DNA of 64,000 nt from a virus. The DNA is taken from IMG/VR virus record IMGVR_UViG_3300032288_005579. One strand, 5' to 3'. A program made the position numbers and the translations under genes. Below the pieces are notes generated by a model. That model ran no database searches. It saw only the letters and a list, made by a program, of their open reading frames with translations, and was not told the DNA's origin. Shown piece by piece: positions 39,084 through 47,549 of the stretch; the first letter of the stretch is position 1, and the number at the start of each line of letters is the position of its first letter.

Positions 39084-39711
39084 AGGGGTTTTTTATATTC
39101 ACTTTCCAAACCACCCCTCCCCCTAAGAAAGGCTGCATACCCATTCCATTGTTTGCGACTCCTATGTTTGCTATGTATATTCTATCCTTCTTAGTTTTAT
39201 ACAGCAACGCTCCTGAAATAGCCGAAAGTATCTGTACGCGATTAACGTTCGCCATTGCTCCCACGTAGAATTCCGCTTTGGGCTTAGGGTGAATTGTGAT
39301 GGTGTGAGTCACAGTGGGGATGCTATAGTTCCACACCACACTACGAGAAGAAATAGTGTTTCGAGTTACTACGTCCGTGATTATTCCGTAACCAAAGGAT
39401 CTATTGATACTATCTGGATATGGAATATTTAGAGTATCTATTGTCTGGTAATGCGCATAGTAATCCGCTAATATGGCGATAGTATCCACGGGTTCAGACT
39501 TTATAGAATCGTGAACCTCTATCGTATCAATCTTTGTTCTCCATTTAGGTATATATTTTGGCACTTCAACCTTGACCTCTTGAAACACCGTGTCTATCTT
39601 ATGCTCTATTACTGGAGGTTGAGGTCCTTCGCAGCTATATATCGCGTAACCTAATACGGTTAAGAATAGTGTTATGCCTACGATGTTCTTTACGCTAATC
39701 AAAGCTTTCAT
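39049..39711 (-). CDS. Putative lipoprotein (o-spanin-like)
   Basis: Hydrophobic signal ending YAIYSC followed by a Pro-rich segment; last gene of the minus-strand cassette. Confidence 0.5.
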   Translation of the reverse strand: MKALISVKNIVGITLFLTVLGYAIYSCEGPQPPVIEHKIDTVFQEVKVEVPKYIPKWRTKIDTIEVHDSIKSEPVDTIAILADYYAHYQTIDTLNIPYPDSINRSFGYGIITDVVTRNTISSRSVVWNYSIPTVTHTITIHPKPKAEFYVGAMANVNRVQILSAISGALLYKTKKDRIYIANIGVANNGMGMQPFLGGGVVWKVNIKNPFKPQLPLPALP

Positions 39712-40001
39712 TACTCTGGATTTTTAATCTTCTTGAGCTCTTCGTGAATTCTGTATATCTGATAGTCGTGATACTGCAATCTATTCTTTAAATTCGAATC
39801 CTCAGTCTTTATATATTGTTCTAAAGTAGAATCCTTCTTTCTCAAGTGTATTTGCTCCTGTAGTATCAATGAATCAAAGTACATGTCTCGCTTGATGACT
39901 TGAACCTCCTCAGAACGGAGATAGTAATCGAACATGAATCCTGTGAATATCAATACCGCTAAAGTTCCTACAACAACCATTATAATCTCTCTTATTTTCA
40001 T
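39711..40001 (-). CDS. Single-pass membrane coiled-coil protein (i-spanin-like)
   Basis: N-terminal transmembrane segment then amphipathic helix; overlaps both neighbours. Confidence 0.45.
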   Translation of the reverse strand: MKIREIIMVVVGTLAVLIFTGFMFDYYLRSEEVQVIKRDMYFDSLILQEQIHLRKKDSTLEQYIKTEDSNLKNRLQYHDYQIYRIHEELKKIKNPE

Positions 40002-40267
40002 TGTTGGTTTGTTAGATCTTTTATGCGTTGCTCTAACGCCTGATTTTTCTGTTCAAGATCTTTTAACAGTTGCGCAGAATCGTCGTCGCCTGTGATCTTC
40101 TTAATAGAACCCGCCATTGCGCCGAAGAGCACGGATACAAAAGCTATCAACAATTCTCTGTTGCTAGCTGGCATCTCGGTCGTCATCAACATGAAGAAGA
40201 TGCTAATGGCTATAGCCATAACTAATAGTGATCCCAAAAAGCTGGTTATGTTTTTAGAGCTGTTCAT
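39998..40267 (-). CDS. Two-TM holin-like protein
   Basis: 89 aa, two hydrophobic helices, charged C terminus. Confidence 0.5.
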   Translation of the reverse strand: MNSSKNITSFLGSLLVMAIAISIFFMLMTTEMPASNRELLIAFVSVLFGAMAGSIKKITGDDDSAQLLKDLEQKNQALEQRIKDLTNQQ

Positions 40268-40845
40268 ACGATGTCTTTGCTTTCTATGAGTGTATAAGTG
40301 AAGTCCTTTTGTTTGCAGGATTTGGCTAAGATCATGAAATCATTAAACTCCTTCTCCCTCTTGAATACTTGGCATCCTTCCGACCAATTTTCCACAACAG
40401 TGCTATCCACACCAGCTTTGTGAATATTGATTCCAAAAACTCCCTCTTGAATCTTCTTTTCGTCATATTTAAGATCTTTATTAGCGTCCCTAAAAACTTT
40501 GACAGGCTTGTTTTGGCCCAATGCTTCGTATTTACCCTTGTGCAATCTGATTATGTGAGAATCAATGTATTGGCCAGGGACCAATCTTGCTACTCCATTC
40601 GGATTGCTGTGTTCGAGTACTGCTTTTCTTCCCGGATCTGTGGTGGCCATCCATTCGTAGTATTTCCAAACTCCGTTTTCTTTCAAAGAAACTGTTATTG
40701 TATCATCGAAAGCATTTGTTACAGCATCACCGGGAACAGAATTTCTAACCCCGACGATGTTTATTTTATCTTCGAACCACTTGTAACCCTTCGCCTTCAC
40801 AACCTTCTCAATCTTTTCTTTGGTGTATTTGAATGTTTGTGACAT
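40264..40845 (-). CDS. Putative endolysin with L,D-transpeptidase (YkuD)-like catalytic motif
   Basis: GINIHKAG...WSEGCQV (His...Cys); start MSQTF at 40845; TATTTATG upstream on the minus strand. Confidence 0.6.
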   Translation of the reverse strand: MSQTFKYTKEKIEKVVKAKGYKWFEDKINIVGVRNSVPGDAVTNAFDDTITVSLKENGVWKYYEWMATTDPGRKAVLEHSNPNGVARLVPGQYIDSHIIRLHKGKYEALGQNKPVKVFRDANKDLKYDEKKIQEGVFGINIHKAGVDSTVVENWSEGCQVFKREKEFNDFMILAKSCKQKDFTYTLIESKDIV

Positions 40846-40911
40846 AGTGGTATTGTTTTTTAACATAAATATGTGACCTAAATTTTAGAATGGGGTGAAA
40901 CGGCTGATATT

Positions 40912-41601
40912 ATGACACTAGAGCTAATTATTTTAAAACTAGGCCTAGATTCATCATATTTAGATAAGAACACCTATGATATGGCAAAATTCATGCAAGG
41001 GTTATCTGACACCGAAAAGAATTTCGTTAAATTCGTGCGTTCCGAGTGTAAAAAATACGGAGTAAAACTTAAATTAGTACATAGGGAAAAGATTCGAGTG
41101 GGAAAAAGAATGTGGGGATCGGGATATTTTGACGAATCCGTTCCATCTTTAGCAGTTGCTGTTATGAAACCAGACTGGTTGTCTACACTAGTGCATGAAT
41201 ACTGTCACTTGACACAGTGGGTGGATCAATGTAAAGAGTGGAAAAAGGCTGACAGACACGAGTCTTGTTGGAATATGGAAGTGTGGTTGATGGGAGAATC
41301 TGTTAAAAACCCGTATTTCCACATTAATAACATGAGAGATGTTGAACTCGATAACGAGAAACGCGCGGTACAATTAATAAAAGAACACGGATTAGAAATA
41401 AACACAGAAAAGTATATTCAACAAGCAAATGCGTATGTTAGTCTATACAACTACATGAAGTACACACGAAAATGGCCAGACATAAATAACAACCCGTGTT
41501 CAAATAAACTATTGATAAAAGGTATGCCTAAAACTTTTAGAATGAATCATTCGAAAATGAGTAGAAGAGTTTATAACCTATTTACAAAGTCAGCGAAATG
41601 A
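40912..41601 (+). CDS. Hypothetical zincin-like protein (start may be 40981)
   Basis: LVHEYCH (HExxH) and downstream E.D.EKRA. Confidence 0.6.
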   Translation: MTLELIILKLGLDSSYLDKNTYDMAKFMQGLSDTEKNFVKFVRSECKKYGVKLKLVHREKIRVGKRMWGSGYFDESVPSLAVAVMKPDWLSTLVHEYCHLTQWVDQCKEWKKADRHESCWNMEVWLMGESVKNPYFHINNMRDVELDNEKRAVQLIKEHGLEINTEKYIQQANAYVSLYNYMKYTRKWPDINNNPCSNKLLIKGMPKTFRMNHSKMSRRVYNLFTKSAK

Positions 41602-41996
41602 AAAAACAAAAGTTAACCAGAGGCCACGCTCTTAAAATACTGGAGTGGTGCAAGAACAGGTACGGAATGTCTAAATACAAGAAGAGTTATCCTCTGTTGG
41701 AATTTAGAAAAATGAGATACGCTGACGAAGAGGGGCAATTCGGATACTACGATGACATTGTCAATTTGATATTCATAAATAGAGAATTTCATAAACACGT
41801 GAATGATTTGGCAAAGACCATCATAGAAGAGTATGTTCACTTTACGCAATCTGATAGAGAGTATCAAAGAGCAGCAAGAATGTATTCATATAGTAAAAAT
41901 CCTCTTGAAATAAAAGCAAAATACAGAGCAAACATGGATTATAAAAAATGCGTAAAGGAGCTTAAAAAAATACATAAAACCTTCCAAACACTATAA
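41598..41996 (+). CDS. Hypothetical protein (zincin-like variant)
   Basis: TIIEEYVHFTQ...NPLEIKA. Confidence 0.55.
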   Translation: MKKQKLTRGHALKILEWCKNRYGMSKYKKSYPLLEFRKMRYADEEGQFGYYDDIVNLIFINREFHKHVNDLAKTIIEEYVHFTQSDREYQRAARMYSYSKNPLEIKAKYRANMDYKKCVKELKKIHKTFQTL

Positions 41997-42014
41997 TAGT
42001 ACCCACAGAAAACA

Positions 42015-42022
42015 TATTTATA
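42015..42022 (+). promoter_or_regulatory. TATTTATA motif
   Basis: Exact octamer 3 nt before ATG 42026. Confidence 0.5.
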
Positions 42023-42025
42023 ACC

Positions 42026-42241
42026 ATGAATACCATCATAGATTCTTTGGACCGTTTAGCAGAGACACATATTCCCGAAGGGGTTTCAAATCTGTATCAC
42101 GTCCATTGTAGGACTGCGTGGGTAGAAGCTGTATACGAGTTAGTAGAAGCAGGACACTTGTATCCTACGCGGGAGAATTTGTTGTTCATCGCAAAAAATT
42201 GGCAATTAGTTTTGGAAAAAAAATTTTCAATGCTAAATTGA
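42026..42241 (+). CDS. Hypothetical protein
   Basis: 71 aa. Confidence 0.6.
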   Translation: MNTIIDSLDRLAETHIPEGVSNLYHVHCRTAWVEAVYELVEAGHLYPTRENLLFIAKNWQLVLEKKFSMLN

Positions 42242-42247
42242 CCCATA

Positions 42248-42529
42248 ATGGACGGAGAAATAGACATCTTATCACTATTTGTTGGAACAATGCAATACGG
42301 GATACTCGGAGTGGTAGCTTTAACTTTGGCCTATTTTGCCAAAAATCAATGGAAAAGATTGGAACAAAAAAACAAAGAACTCGAAGAGAAGGTCGATAAA
42401 CTCCAAGAGGACATGCGAACTCTTTTGACAGAGGACAGATCGCGAATGGCGATACTCGTACAGGACAACACTAAAGCCATGCAAGAGCTATCTAGAATAG
42501 TGTTGGAATACATAGTCAATAAGGAGTAA
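42248..42529 (+). CDS. Small membrane protein with coiled coil (holin-like)
   Basis: QYGILGVVALTLAYF transmembrane segment then heptad repeats. Confidence 0.65.
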   Translation: MDGEIDILSLFVGTMQYGILGVVALTLAYFAKNQWKRLEQKNKELEEKVDKLQEDMRTLLTEDRSRMAILVQDNTKAMQELSRIVLEYIVNKE

Positions 42530-42543
42530 AATAACCTGTTGAT

Positions 42544-42636
42544 AACCAACGGGTTGTGCAACCGCTTGGTTGCCAATAGGAATAATTTTAGGGGGCCTAT
42601 GTCCGGATTCTGGCCTTTCGCGTACATTTACACTGT
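42544..42636 (+). promoter_or_regulatory. Conserved regulatory module, copy A (palindrome plus promoter-like boxes)
   Basis: AACCAA-N16-TTGGTT palindrome, then CTATGTCC and TACATTTACACTGT; aligns without gaps to 48888-48980. Confidence 0.65.
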
Positions 42637-42654
42637 TATCAATCAATAAAGGTT

Positions 42655-42882
42655 ATGATACAGACGACAACCCCCCAAATGGACGCCCTCAAAGTGCTAG
42701 ACTACTTCAGATCTCGCGGTCTGAACGCCACCGCCAATACCTTCCTCTGGAGGGTGGGGGCTGCACCGGAACTGGAAGGTAATCTGGTTCCCTGCTGGTT
42801 GGTCAAAGACTTCTGCAGCGCACTCTCACCATATTTGTACGAGGAGCTGGAATGCGAAGTACCCGCTTACAATAAATTCTGA
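42655..42882 (+). CDS. Hypothetical early-type protein
   Basis: Leader ATCAATCAATAAAGGTT-ATG. Confidence 0.65.
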   Translation: MIQTTTPQMDALKVLDYFRSRGLNATANTFLWRVGAAPELEGNLVPCWLVKDFCSALSPYLYEELECEVPAYNKF

Positions 42883-42902
42883 TCAATCAACTAATAAAAG
42901 TT

Positions 42903-43202
42903 ATGAAAAACATAGGCATCGAACTCACAGCACTGGAACAGCAAGTTTTAGAAGCATACATCAGCGGACTGTACGCAGAACCCGGTTTCTCGGACGTAGA
43001 CGTAAACGATCTCGCAGCCATGACCAAGATCAGCACTAAAACCATCAGAGGTGCGCTCTCTTCCCTGGTCAAAAAAGGCATTGTGACTGTCAACGATAAC
43101 GGTGCAGGCTACCAAATCATCGATCTCAACGTCCAGCATTGGCACTTGGTCAACGAGAGTTGGGCACAAGAAGCCGAGTTTTTCCTTAACCGTAACAAAT
43201 AA
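42903..43202 (+). CDS. Winged helix-turn-helix protein
   Basis: VNDLAAMTKISTKTIRGALSSLVKKGIV. Confidence 0.75.
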   Translation: MKNIGIELTALEQQVLEAYISGLYAEPGFSDVDVNDLAAMTKISTKTIRGALSSLVKKGIVTVNDNGAGYQIIDLNVQHWHLVNESWAQEAEFFLNRNK

Positions 43203-43312
43203 TCCATGATCTTAGCATTCATCTTCATCGCCGCAGCATACGTGCTCAGCAAGACTACACCTCCCCCACATCACGATACGTGGGAGCAAATTCAAACCAA
43301 AATCGACCGCAA

Positions 43313-43525
43313 ATGAACCCATACTTAGATACCAACTACGTAGATCGCACCGAACAGATCGAGTCCGACTTCGAACCCACACTGCACGACGTTAAAGTGG
43401 ATCCCGAGTTCTATGCAGAGCTAGTCAACGACCTACTCTACCACTGGGTGTACGGCACTAATGAGACAGCGTTAATGTTTATGGCAAAGCAAGTATTGTT
43501 AGACAGACACCACCAAAACCAATAA
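43313..43525 (+). CDS. Hypothetical protein
   Basis: ATG 43313 (MNPYLD) preferred over the track start. Confidence 0.6.
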   Translation: MNPYLDTNYVDRTEQIESDFEPTLHDVKVDPEFYAELVNDLLYHWVYGTNETALMFMAKQVLLDRHHQNQ

Positions 43526-43529
43526 CGCT

Positions 43530-43745
43530 ATGGAATTCACACCGCAAGGATACCTTACGCTCAGCAACTCGCACGCTCTCCTGATCCAGATCAACGACAC
43601 CACCGAAGAGGTCTACTATCGGTACTCTGACGAAGACGGTGTTGCAACCACTTCGGAGATCGGCTGCGACGAGGAGGGAGAACCCTGGTTCAGGGTCGAG
43701 AACGGCAACCAATACTACTTGTCCGAATTCATGAAAATAGTTTAA
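43530..43745 (+). CDS. Hypothetical acidic protein
   Basis: 71 aa. Confidence 0.65.
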   Translation: MEFTPQGYLTLSNSHALLIQINDTTEEVYYRYSDEDGVATTSEIGCDEEGEPWFRVENGNQYYLSEFMKIV

Positions 43746-43760
43746 TCAAAAATAAAAGTT

Positions 43761-44213
43761 ATGGCAAAACAAACACTCAAAAGTCGTCTACTCGATCGCA
43801 TTCGTAAGGAAGGTAAAGAGGAAGGCGTTACGTACAAAGAGATCGTCACACACATTCTCAAACTCAAGAACGGAGAAGACTACCAAGTCGATTGGAAATC
43901 TAACGACCGTGGATACTTCGCAGATGCTCTTAGAAAGGGATCCGGAATTCAACGTCGAACCTATTGGCAGAGTTTCACAGCGATTATGGGAGGCTATCTT
44001 GTAAACGGTGGAGGCACAGAAGGTTTTGTAAGAACGTACAACAAGAAGTACGTGGCTAGAACTTTCACAAAGCGAGAAAGACTTGAATACCAGCGTCGTA
44101 AACTCGCTACTCAAATTATGTACACACAAAACGCAAACGAAATACGTGACATAGTTAACAGGTACGAGAGAACTTTGCAGAGGATAGAGAAAGAGTTTGA
44201 ACAATCCAAATAA
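43761..44213 (+). CDS. Hypothetical protein, paralogue of 44216-44566
   Basis: Shared K.TLK..L.DR, W..DRG, GGYLVNG.GT, NKK..A..FT. Confidence 0.75.
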   Translation: MAKQTLKSRLLDRIRKEGKEEGVTYKEIVTHILKLKNGEDYQVDWKSNDRGYFADALRKGSGIQRRTYWQSFTAIMGGYLVNGGGTEGFVRTYNKKYVARTFTKRERLEYQRRKLATQIMYTQNANEIRDIVNRYERTLQRIEKEFEQSK

Positions 44214-44215
44214 TC

Positions 44216-44566
44216 ATGAGCAAAAAAACTTTAAAACAGTCTCTCGTTGATCGCATGATCGCGGAAGGCAACAAAGGAATACGTTATACTGACGTGATCA
44301 TTCACATCAAAAAAATATGGACTGGCGACGAGAAAGTCGAGTACAACTGGAAAAAAGACCGTGGAATTTCGGGTACAAACTTGTCGAGGTCTCATTTCGC
44401 TGGAATAGGCGGCGGATACTTGGTCAACGGTAGCGGAACTTGCGGACTTTACTGCGAAAACAAGAAGTGGTACGCCAAGTATTTCACTCAAGAAGAGATG
44501 GAAGAGCGCAAACAATTTTTGAAGGCCCGTAGGGATAGGTATAAAACCTTATCACCCAAGATTTAA
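44216..44566 (+). CDS. Hypothetical protein, paralogue of 43761-44213
   Basis: See the previous entry. Confidence 0.75.
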   Translation: MSKKTLKQSLVDRMIAEGNKGIRYTDVIIHIKKIWTGDEKVEYNWKKDRGISGTNLSRSHFAGIGGGYLVNGSGTCGLYCENKKWYAKYFTQEEMEERKQFLKARRDRYKTLSPKI

Positions 44567-44605
44567 ATTGTTGCATTAGTCCAAAATCCTGTACATTAGC
44601 ACCGT
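44567..44605 (+). promoter_or_regulatory. Promoter-like element (Bacteroidota -33/-7 type)
   Basis: ATTGTTG about 18-21 nt upstream of TACATTAG (44592-44599), followed by the ATCAATCAATAAAAGTT leader. Confidence 0.45.
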
Positions 44606-44622
44606 ATCAATCAATAAAAGTT

Positions 44623-44967
44623 ATGACAAACGCATTTGAAACCGCACGCGAAAACGTTCGCAACTCAGTCTCCTCAATTTTCTCCAAGTCAGACGTACTG
44701 CAATTGCTGCACGACACAGAGACCTCCGCGGAGACCAGCAAACCGAATTTATCAACTTACACCGTAGATGAGGTGCACCAATTGGTTCACAGTATCATGA
44801 CGCGAGTCGTGGATGCCGTGGAAGGATTCGACTTTGCCAACGATGTGGGTTTGGACCTGGTTGGGAACGAGATCTTCGTTGAAATCACACCGCATAGACT
44901 CGTCGCATTGCTTGAGAACGAAATCGTAGATGCTGCAGGAACACTCGGTGTCGGCACAAAAGAATGA
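44623..44967 (+). CDS. Hypothetical protein
   Basis: 114 aa after the repeated leader. Confidence 0.7.
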   Translation: MTNAFETARENVRNSVSSIFSKSDVLQLLHDTETSAETSKPNLSTYTVDEVHQLVHSIMTRVVDAVEGFDFANDVGLDLVGNEIFVEITPHRLVALLENEIVDAAGTLGVGTKE

Positions 44968-44970
44968 TGT

Positions 44971-45168
44971 ATGCACAAAAAATTATATAAAACTGCAGAC
45001 GTGATTAGGTTTTTGTATAACTACGATTGCATTTCCACAGCAGACAGCATCAAAAAAATCGCAGACTCGGCAGAGTTCATCGATTCAAAAACTGTGGAGA
45101 AGAACCTGATCAAGGATCTATACCAACATTTGAAAGAGACTTTAAATCAATACACTTACGCAAAATAA
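44971..45168 (+). CDS. Hypothetical protein
   Basis: 65 aa. Confidence 0.55.
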   Translation: MHKKLYKTADVIRFLYNYDCISTADSIKKIADSAEFIDSKTVEKNLIKDLYQHLKETLNQYTYAK

Positions 45169-45173
45169 AAGTT

Positions 45174-45632
45174 ATGGGATTAGACATGTATTTTTACAAG
45201 AAGACCTACATATCCAACGAAGAGTGGATCAAACCGGAATTCAGAACAAAGGTAACGATCGAACGCAACGGGCAAGAGGTTGACTCTACAAACATTCGTT
45301 ACATTGTGGAAGAGGCTGGTTACTGGCGTAAAGCCAACGCCATTCACAGGTGGTTCGTCGAAAACATCCAAGACGGACAAGACGATTGCGACGAGTACGT
45401 AGTATCTATAGAAAAGCTGAAACAGCTGAAGAAGGATTGCGAATTGGCCCTTAGCAGTAAAGTGGTGGCCGAAAACGTCATGCCCACCCAATCTGGTTTC
45501 TTCTTCGGTAGCACAGATTACGATGAGTACTACGAGGAGGATCTGAGGAACACCATAGCCATTGTCGATAAGGCGCTGGCAGATTACGATAAGGAATTTG
45601 CAGTCAGTTTCCACTACTCGTCTAGCTGGTGA
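45174..45632 (+). CDS. Phage-type hypothetical protein (MGLDMY / YWRKANAIH)
   Basis: MGLDMYF, YWRKANAIHRWF, DDC, GFFFGSTDYDEYY; start after the AATAAAAGTT leader. Confidence 0.8.
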   Translation: MGLDMYFYKKTYISNEEWIKPEFRTKVTIERNGQEVDSTNIRYIVEEAGYWRKANAIHRWFVENIQDGQDDCDEYVVSIEKLKQLKKDCELALSSKVVAENVMPTQSGFFFGSTDYDEYYEEDLRNTIAIVDKALADYDKEFAVSFHYSSSW

Positions 45633-45868
45633 AAAAGTTTATACTTTTGGCGTGCATGATCATGGTATCGTGCGCGTCTTCCAATAAAGTCAGGAAGAAA
45701 AAGACTTACATAAACGACCTCACTGAAAAGTATAGGTTGTACGGAGTTAAGGACAATTCGTACTTTTACTTCATGATCGACAGCTCGGGAGGACCACACT
45801 TAGTAAAGACTCACTCATTCAATCCCAGTAAAGTTATTTGGATAGAAAAGTTGCAGAAAAAAAATTGA
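45629..45868 (+). CDS. Putative small lipoprotein
   Basis: MKKFILLACMIMVSC lipobox-like signal. Confidence 0.55.
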   Translation: MKKFILLACMIMVSCASSNKVRKKKTYINDLTEKYRLYGVKDNSYFYFMIDSSGGPHLVKTHSFNPSKVIWIEKLQKKN

Positions 45869-45871
45869 TAT

Positions 45872-46228
45872 ATGAAAGAACAACCATTCGACGTTCAACC
45901 CTCTCAGTTGAGCATAAATCTAGCCATAATAACATTGACATCTTTTGTGATGTTCGTAATACTCAAAGTTGGAGACGTCATAGATTGGAGTTGGTGGTGG
46001 ATTACTAGTCCACTGTGGATAGCCGTGATCATAAATATATTCGCTGTCATCGGCATGTATCTGTCGTTGTTCATGCTTAAAAGAAGTTTAAAAAATCTCG
46101 CACGATTAGTGCAAGAAGAGAAATTGAAACATACTTATTATGGTAAAAACCAAAAAGATGAAAACCAAGAAATCAAAACCGGCCAAGAAAGCCGCCAAGA
46201 TAGTAGCAAAACCCAAGAAGCAAGTTAA
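45872..46228 (+). CDS. Small membrane protein
   Basis: LKVGDVIDWSWWWITSPLWI transmembrane motif. Confidence 0.7.
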   Translation: MKEQPFDVQPSQLSINLAIITLTSFVMFVILKVGDVIDWSWWWITSPLWIAVIINIFAVIGMYLSLFMLKRSLKNLARLVQEEKLKHTYYGKNQKDENQEIKTGQESRQDSSKTQEAS

Positions 46229-46490
46229 GGTTAAAAATAAATCTACGCCTAAACAGAATGAGGAACCTTCACAACCTATGAGAACCTGTAAAGTTTGCGG
46301 AGAAGTCATAAACCCTAAACGGGTGCAACTGGGATACCAAGAAACATGCGTGAAGCATTCCACGGCGGAGAGGTTTGTAGCGGCCATATCAACAGTAAAC
46401 ATGGAAGGGGATACAGAGATATCCATAATTAGGGATCCTAAAGTGGCAGAAGAATTGGAGCAATTACACTATATTTATCAGTATAGGTAA
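46158..46490 (+). CDS. Lys-rich protein with TraR/DksA-like zinc finger
   Basis: CKVCGEVINPKR...TCVKH. Confidence 0.6.
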   Translation: MKTKKSKPAKKAAKIVAKPKKQVKVKNKSTPKQNEEPSQPMRTCKVCGEVINPKRVQLGYQETCVKHSTAERFVAAISTVNMEGDTEISIIRDPKVAEELEQLHYIYQYR

Positions 46491-46501
46491 ACCAATACAC
46501 C

Positions 46502-46696
46502 ATGCCAAAACTAGACAAACTATCCCCAGATAAGAGACAACAGTTGAAGGAGTATTTCGATTCTCTAAAAGAGATACACCGAGAGATTTCAGAGATACTG
46601 TCCGAAGTCAACATAAGTTTGAGAGAGACTTCATCGGGTGGTAATAATTCCAAAGATCTGACTCTTAAGACTGAACGTCGTAACAAGAAGGCATGA
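46502..46696 (+). CDS. Hypothetical coiled-coil protein
   Basis: 64 aa. Confidence 0.55.
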   Translation: MPKLDKLSPDKRQQLKEYFDSLKEIHREISEILSEVNISLRETSSGGNNSKDLTLKTERRNKKA

Positions 46697-46911
46697 ATAT
46701 GATTACACAAAAATACTTTCTGGCTAAGGTGCAATTCATTACTGAAGATGAAAGGAGCGGTAAATTGAAAAAGGTCATGGTCCAATACTTGGTAGACGCC
46801 ATGAGCTGCACTGAAGCAGAAGCACGAGTGGTTAAATACCTAGACGGGGTATCCAACTACGAAGTGAAATCCGTGGCGGAATCTCCGGTTTCGGCCGTGA
46901 TAAACGCATAA
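46693..46911 (+). CDS. DUF4494-like protein (family typical of Bacteroidota)
   Basis: YFLAKVQF..EDERSGKLKKV..QYLVDAMSCTEAEARV. Confidence 0.75.
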   Translation: MNMITQKYFLAKVQFITEDERSGKLKKVMVQYLVDAMSCTEAEARVVKYLDGVSNYEVKSVAESPVSAVINA

Positions 46912-46916
46912 CACAC

Positions 46917-47311
46917 GGGGGCGACTGGAATTGACAGGTGATGTCGATTGCTACTTGCAAGCCGAGTTAGATGGAAACTCGAAAATCCCCTATCATCGAA
47001 TAAACGCAGAGGAAATCTCAGCATTCACCTTCGAGGACGCAATGGCCTTCGTTGGTGCAGAGGAATACGCACTAGCGGCGTGACCTTACCCCGGTCCGGC
47101 ATCGGGGAGTTAAAAAGCCGGAAAAAGGTTTTCTTGGTAGTCGTAAAACCAAGTGGTGGACCATGGAGAAATCCGGAGCCCAGTATGGCGTAGCGGCCAA
47201 GTCGAACCGTTACCACCGTCAGTTCGAGCGGTGTGAGAATTCGAACTAAGCTTGTGAACGATAGTAGGGATTGGATTATTCTGGACGTGGGTTCGAATCC
47301 CACCGCCTCCA
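46917..47311 (+). ncRNA. ssrA: tmRNA
   Basis: 5' GGGGGCGACTGGAATTGAC; 3' GACGTGGGTTCGAATCCCACCGCCTCCA; G3-U70 pair; tag ORF 47006-47083 ending YALAA-stop. Confidence 0.95.
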
Positions 47312-47322
47312 CTAGGTCATTA

Positions 47323-47491
47323 TAAAGTGGGATGTGTGAGAAAAACCACGCCAAGTCTATCCCTTTCCGCCGAACAGGTGAGGGGTCAGGCAACCGTTGC
47401 AACGGAGAACGATCCAAGTGTGAGTTCTCGCTAGACGGCGGAGGTATAATAAAGCACTTAGGGGCTGGGACGCTGGCCCTACCCACCTTTA
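47323..47491 (+). ncRNA. Candidate multi-stem ncRNA
   Basis: Closing stem TAAAGTGGG/CCCACCTTTA, TCCGCCG/CGGCGGA, CCGT/ACGG, GAGAAC/GTTCTC; no credible ORF. Confidence 0.4.
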
Positions 47492-47549
47492 CTAAAAACT
47501 TGGATTTTATAGTTTGTAAATAATTTGTTTAATTCATAGAAAAAACACA

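Noticed and set aside
46948-47523. Track ORFs 46948-47193, 47025-47486 and 47332-47523
   Set aside because: They overlap the tmRNA and the structured RNA and have no protein-like features.
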